64,000 bases of DNA from Spirochaetota bacterium (GTDB taxonomy: Bacteria; Spirochaetota; UBA4802; UBA5550), in the NCBI GenBank assembly GCA_963663865.1, contig OY760686.1, positions 2,784,001 through 2,848,000 of the forward strand, given 5' to 3'. The notes under the pieces are model-generated. The model was given only the letters and a program-made list of their open reading frames with translations, was not told the origin of the DNA and made no database searches. Position numbers and translations under genes: made by a program. Below, piece by piece: positions 62,558-64,000 of the stretch. Positions within the stretch are counted from its first letter, which is position 1; each line of letters opens with the position of its first letter.

Positions 62558-63124
62558 TCAGCGGCTTGACTCTCCGTCATTCGAACAGCCGTAATAGGGG
62601 CCAAGACGCGCCTTCAGGGCCTGATTCACTTCGCGGCATATCTTGCGTATTTTGTACATTGAAAGCGAAGATTCGGCGCATATATCGGCACACTTCCGAT
62701 TGGTGAAAACAACATCCTTATACACCTGCCTCTTGAGTTCCGTGAAGGAATCAATCGTATCCCGCAGCGTAGAAACGACCTCGCCGCTGATGAACGCGTT
62801 CTCAACATTTTCGAAGAATTTTCTGTCCGATACGGCCTCTTCAAAGTACTTCTCACGCAGCCTGGCTTCCTCAAGAGAGGACCTTCTCAGATAATCGATG
62901 GCGCAGTTTCGGGCTACCTTCAAGATAAAGCCCCTCTGCCTTTTTTCATCGGTTTCATCGAGGCATTCAGCCCTGCGCAGCACCTTGATGAAGGCCTCCT
63001 GTACTATTTCCTCGCAGATATCGTGATTATTCACAATCCTGAACACTATCCGCAGGACCTGGGCATAGTACTTCCTGTAGCAGAGGGCAAAGCTCCGCCT
63101 CTTTTCAAGACTGGGTGGCTCCAT
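62558..63124 (-). CDS. ECF sigma-70 factor
   Basis: EEIVQEAFIKV, VARNCAIDYLRR region 2; divergent region 4. Confidence 0.85.
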   Translation of the reverse strand: MEPPSLEKRRSFALCYRKYYAQVLRIVFRIVNNHDICEEIVQEAFIKVLRRAECLDETDEKRQRGFILKVARNCAIDYLRRSSLEEARLREKYFEEAVSDRKFFENVENAFISGEVVSTLRDTIDSFTELKRQVYKDVVFTNRKCADICAESSLSMYKIRKICREVNQALKARLGPYYGCSNDGESSR

Positions 63125-63280
63125 AACGCAACTCCCTGATTTAGTTTTGACCTGACCATCACGGCAATGAGGACGGGCAACATTACTACGCGCTCTGAAG
63201 GACCCGGGTGTGACAAAAAAAATTTATCCCCGGAGAAAAAAGTTACTGCCGGGTTTCAGGGATGCGGAAGAGAGCAGAGC

Positions 63281-63709
63281 CTATTCAGAAACCCGGCCGG
63301 CATCGACCGCCATTTCAGTCTGTTTTAAAAGGTATTGTATGAGGGTGTCCTGGCTTATCGCCTTCAGGCGGAGAAGAATCATCCCGAGCGGTTCGCCGCC
63401 ACGCCTGTCCTGTTTTTTCATCGCGCTTCCGAGCTGTGCCTTCGTTATTACTCCGTCTGCCAGAAGAAGCTCGCCTATTTTAGGCACGCTCCCCTCGCCC
63501 GAGCTTTCTGCGAGCATGTTTGTCTGTATTTCAAGGTATCGGATAAAGGTTTCCTTGCTGATGTATCCGGAATTGATGAGGATAATTCCCAGCAAATTCC
63601 TGTTCTCATACCTCGAGGCCTGCACCGCAAGCGCCTCGTCAAGCTGCTCTCTTGTGATAATTGAATCCCTTAGCAGCAGTTCTCCAAGTCCCGGAATAGG
63701 CATCTGCAT
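63281..63709 (-). CDS. Stand-alone tandem MshEN-like protein
   Basis: Four LGxxLxxxGxI(T/S)xxxLxxxLxxQ-like motifs. Confidence 0.8.
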   Translation of the reverse strand: MQMPIPGLGELLLRDSIITREQLDEALAVQASRYENRNLLGIILINSGYISKETFIRYLEIQTNMLAESSGEGSVPKIGELLLADGVITKAQLGSAMKKQDRRGGEPLGMILLRLKAISQDTLIQYLLKQTEMAVDAGRVSE

Positions 63710-63982
63710 CCTCCTGAGTTGTTTCAGGCCTTCCTCAGGACAGGGAAGGCTCCGTTGCTCCTGCCATTATATCCCCCCGCCGAACAAGAATTCAATTCTT
63801 TTATACAAAATATAAACTAATAACCGCCAAATATTTCAAGCTTCCCCTTCCGGCACATATAGTTTTCTTGACAATGACAGCTCACAAGTCTCAAATTGCA
63901 GGATATAGGCCCGGCGTCACAGGTAAAGCCGGGGGATAAGGACGGAAAAATCACTTTTCCGGAGGAATATTAAGGATTTTTT

Positions 63983-64000
63983 ATGAAATACGTTAAAATT
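63983..64000 (+). CDS. Possible start of a CDS running off the window (MKYVKI)
   Basis: ATG after AAGGA; only 6 codons visible. Confidence 0.3.

Noticed and set aside
1-64000. CRISPR array, tRNA/rRNA, integrase, transposase or prophage
   Set aside because: No spaced repeats, cloverleaf with TTCGA T-loop, or mobile-element proteins recognised by eye; a tRNAscan/Infernal run would be needed to exclude RNAs fully

Overview
This is a gene-dense bacterial chromosomal window. It probably comes from a free-living, anaerobic or facultative Spirochaetota-like organism; this is an inference from the short EF-Ts, CheX, ThyX, Rnf and the many lipoproteins. Core genes are frr(partial)-pyrH-tsf-rpsB, panC, dnaE, thyX, rnfCDGEA (no rnfB), trxA, cobO, umuDC and an SRAP protein. 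Signalling genes are an STAS-containing chemosensory operon (cheY-STAS-cheA-MCP-cheW-cheR-cheB), a PAS-GGDEF*-EAL protein, an ECF sigma factor and a stand-alone MshEN-like protein. Two accessory regions (~11.6-16.6 kb and ~33.3-47.3 kb) share one architecture: an orphan periplasmic binding protein plus a 2-TM tandem-PAS-like/AraC regulator, transcribed divergently from lipoprotein hydrolases (a GH3 glycosidase; a tandem pair of esterases). This LuxPQ-like, kinase-free sensing module is the best candidate for an undescribed system. Other highlights are an AT-rich VKOR-DsbA + phospholipase A2 lipoprotein cassette, a papain/chagasin pair, a G11 tract in a secreted-protein gene and an orphan terminator that may mark an sRNA. 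No rRNA, tRNA, CRISPR array, transposase or integrase was recognised. All family assignments come from reading motifs by eye; no database searches were run.
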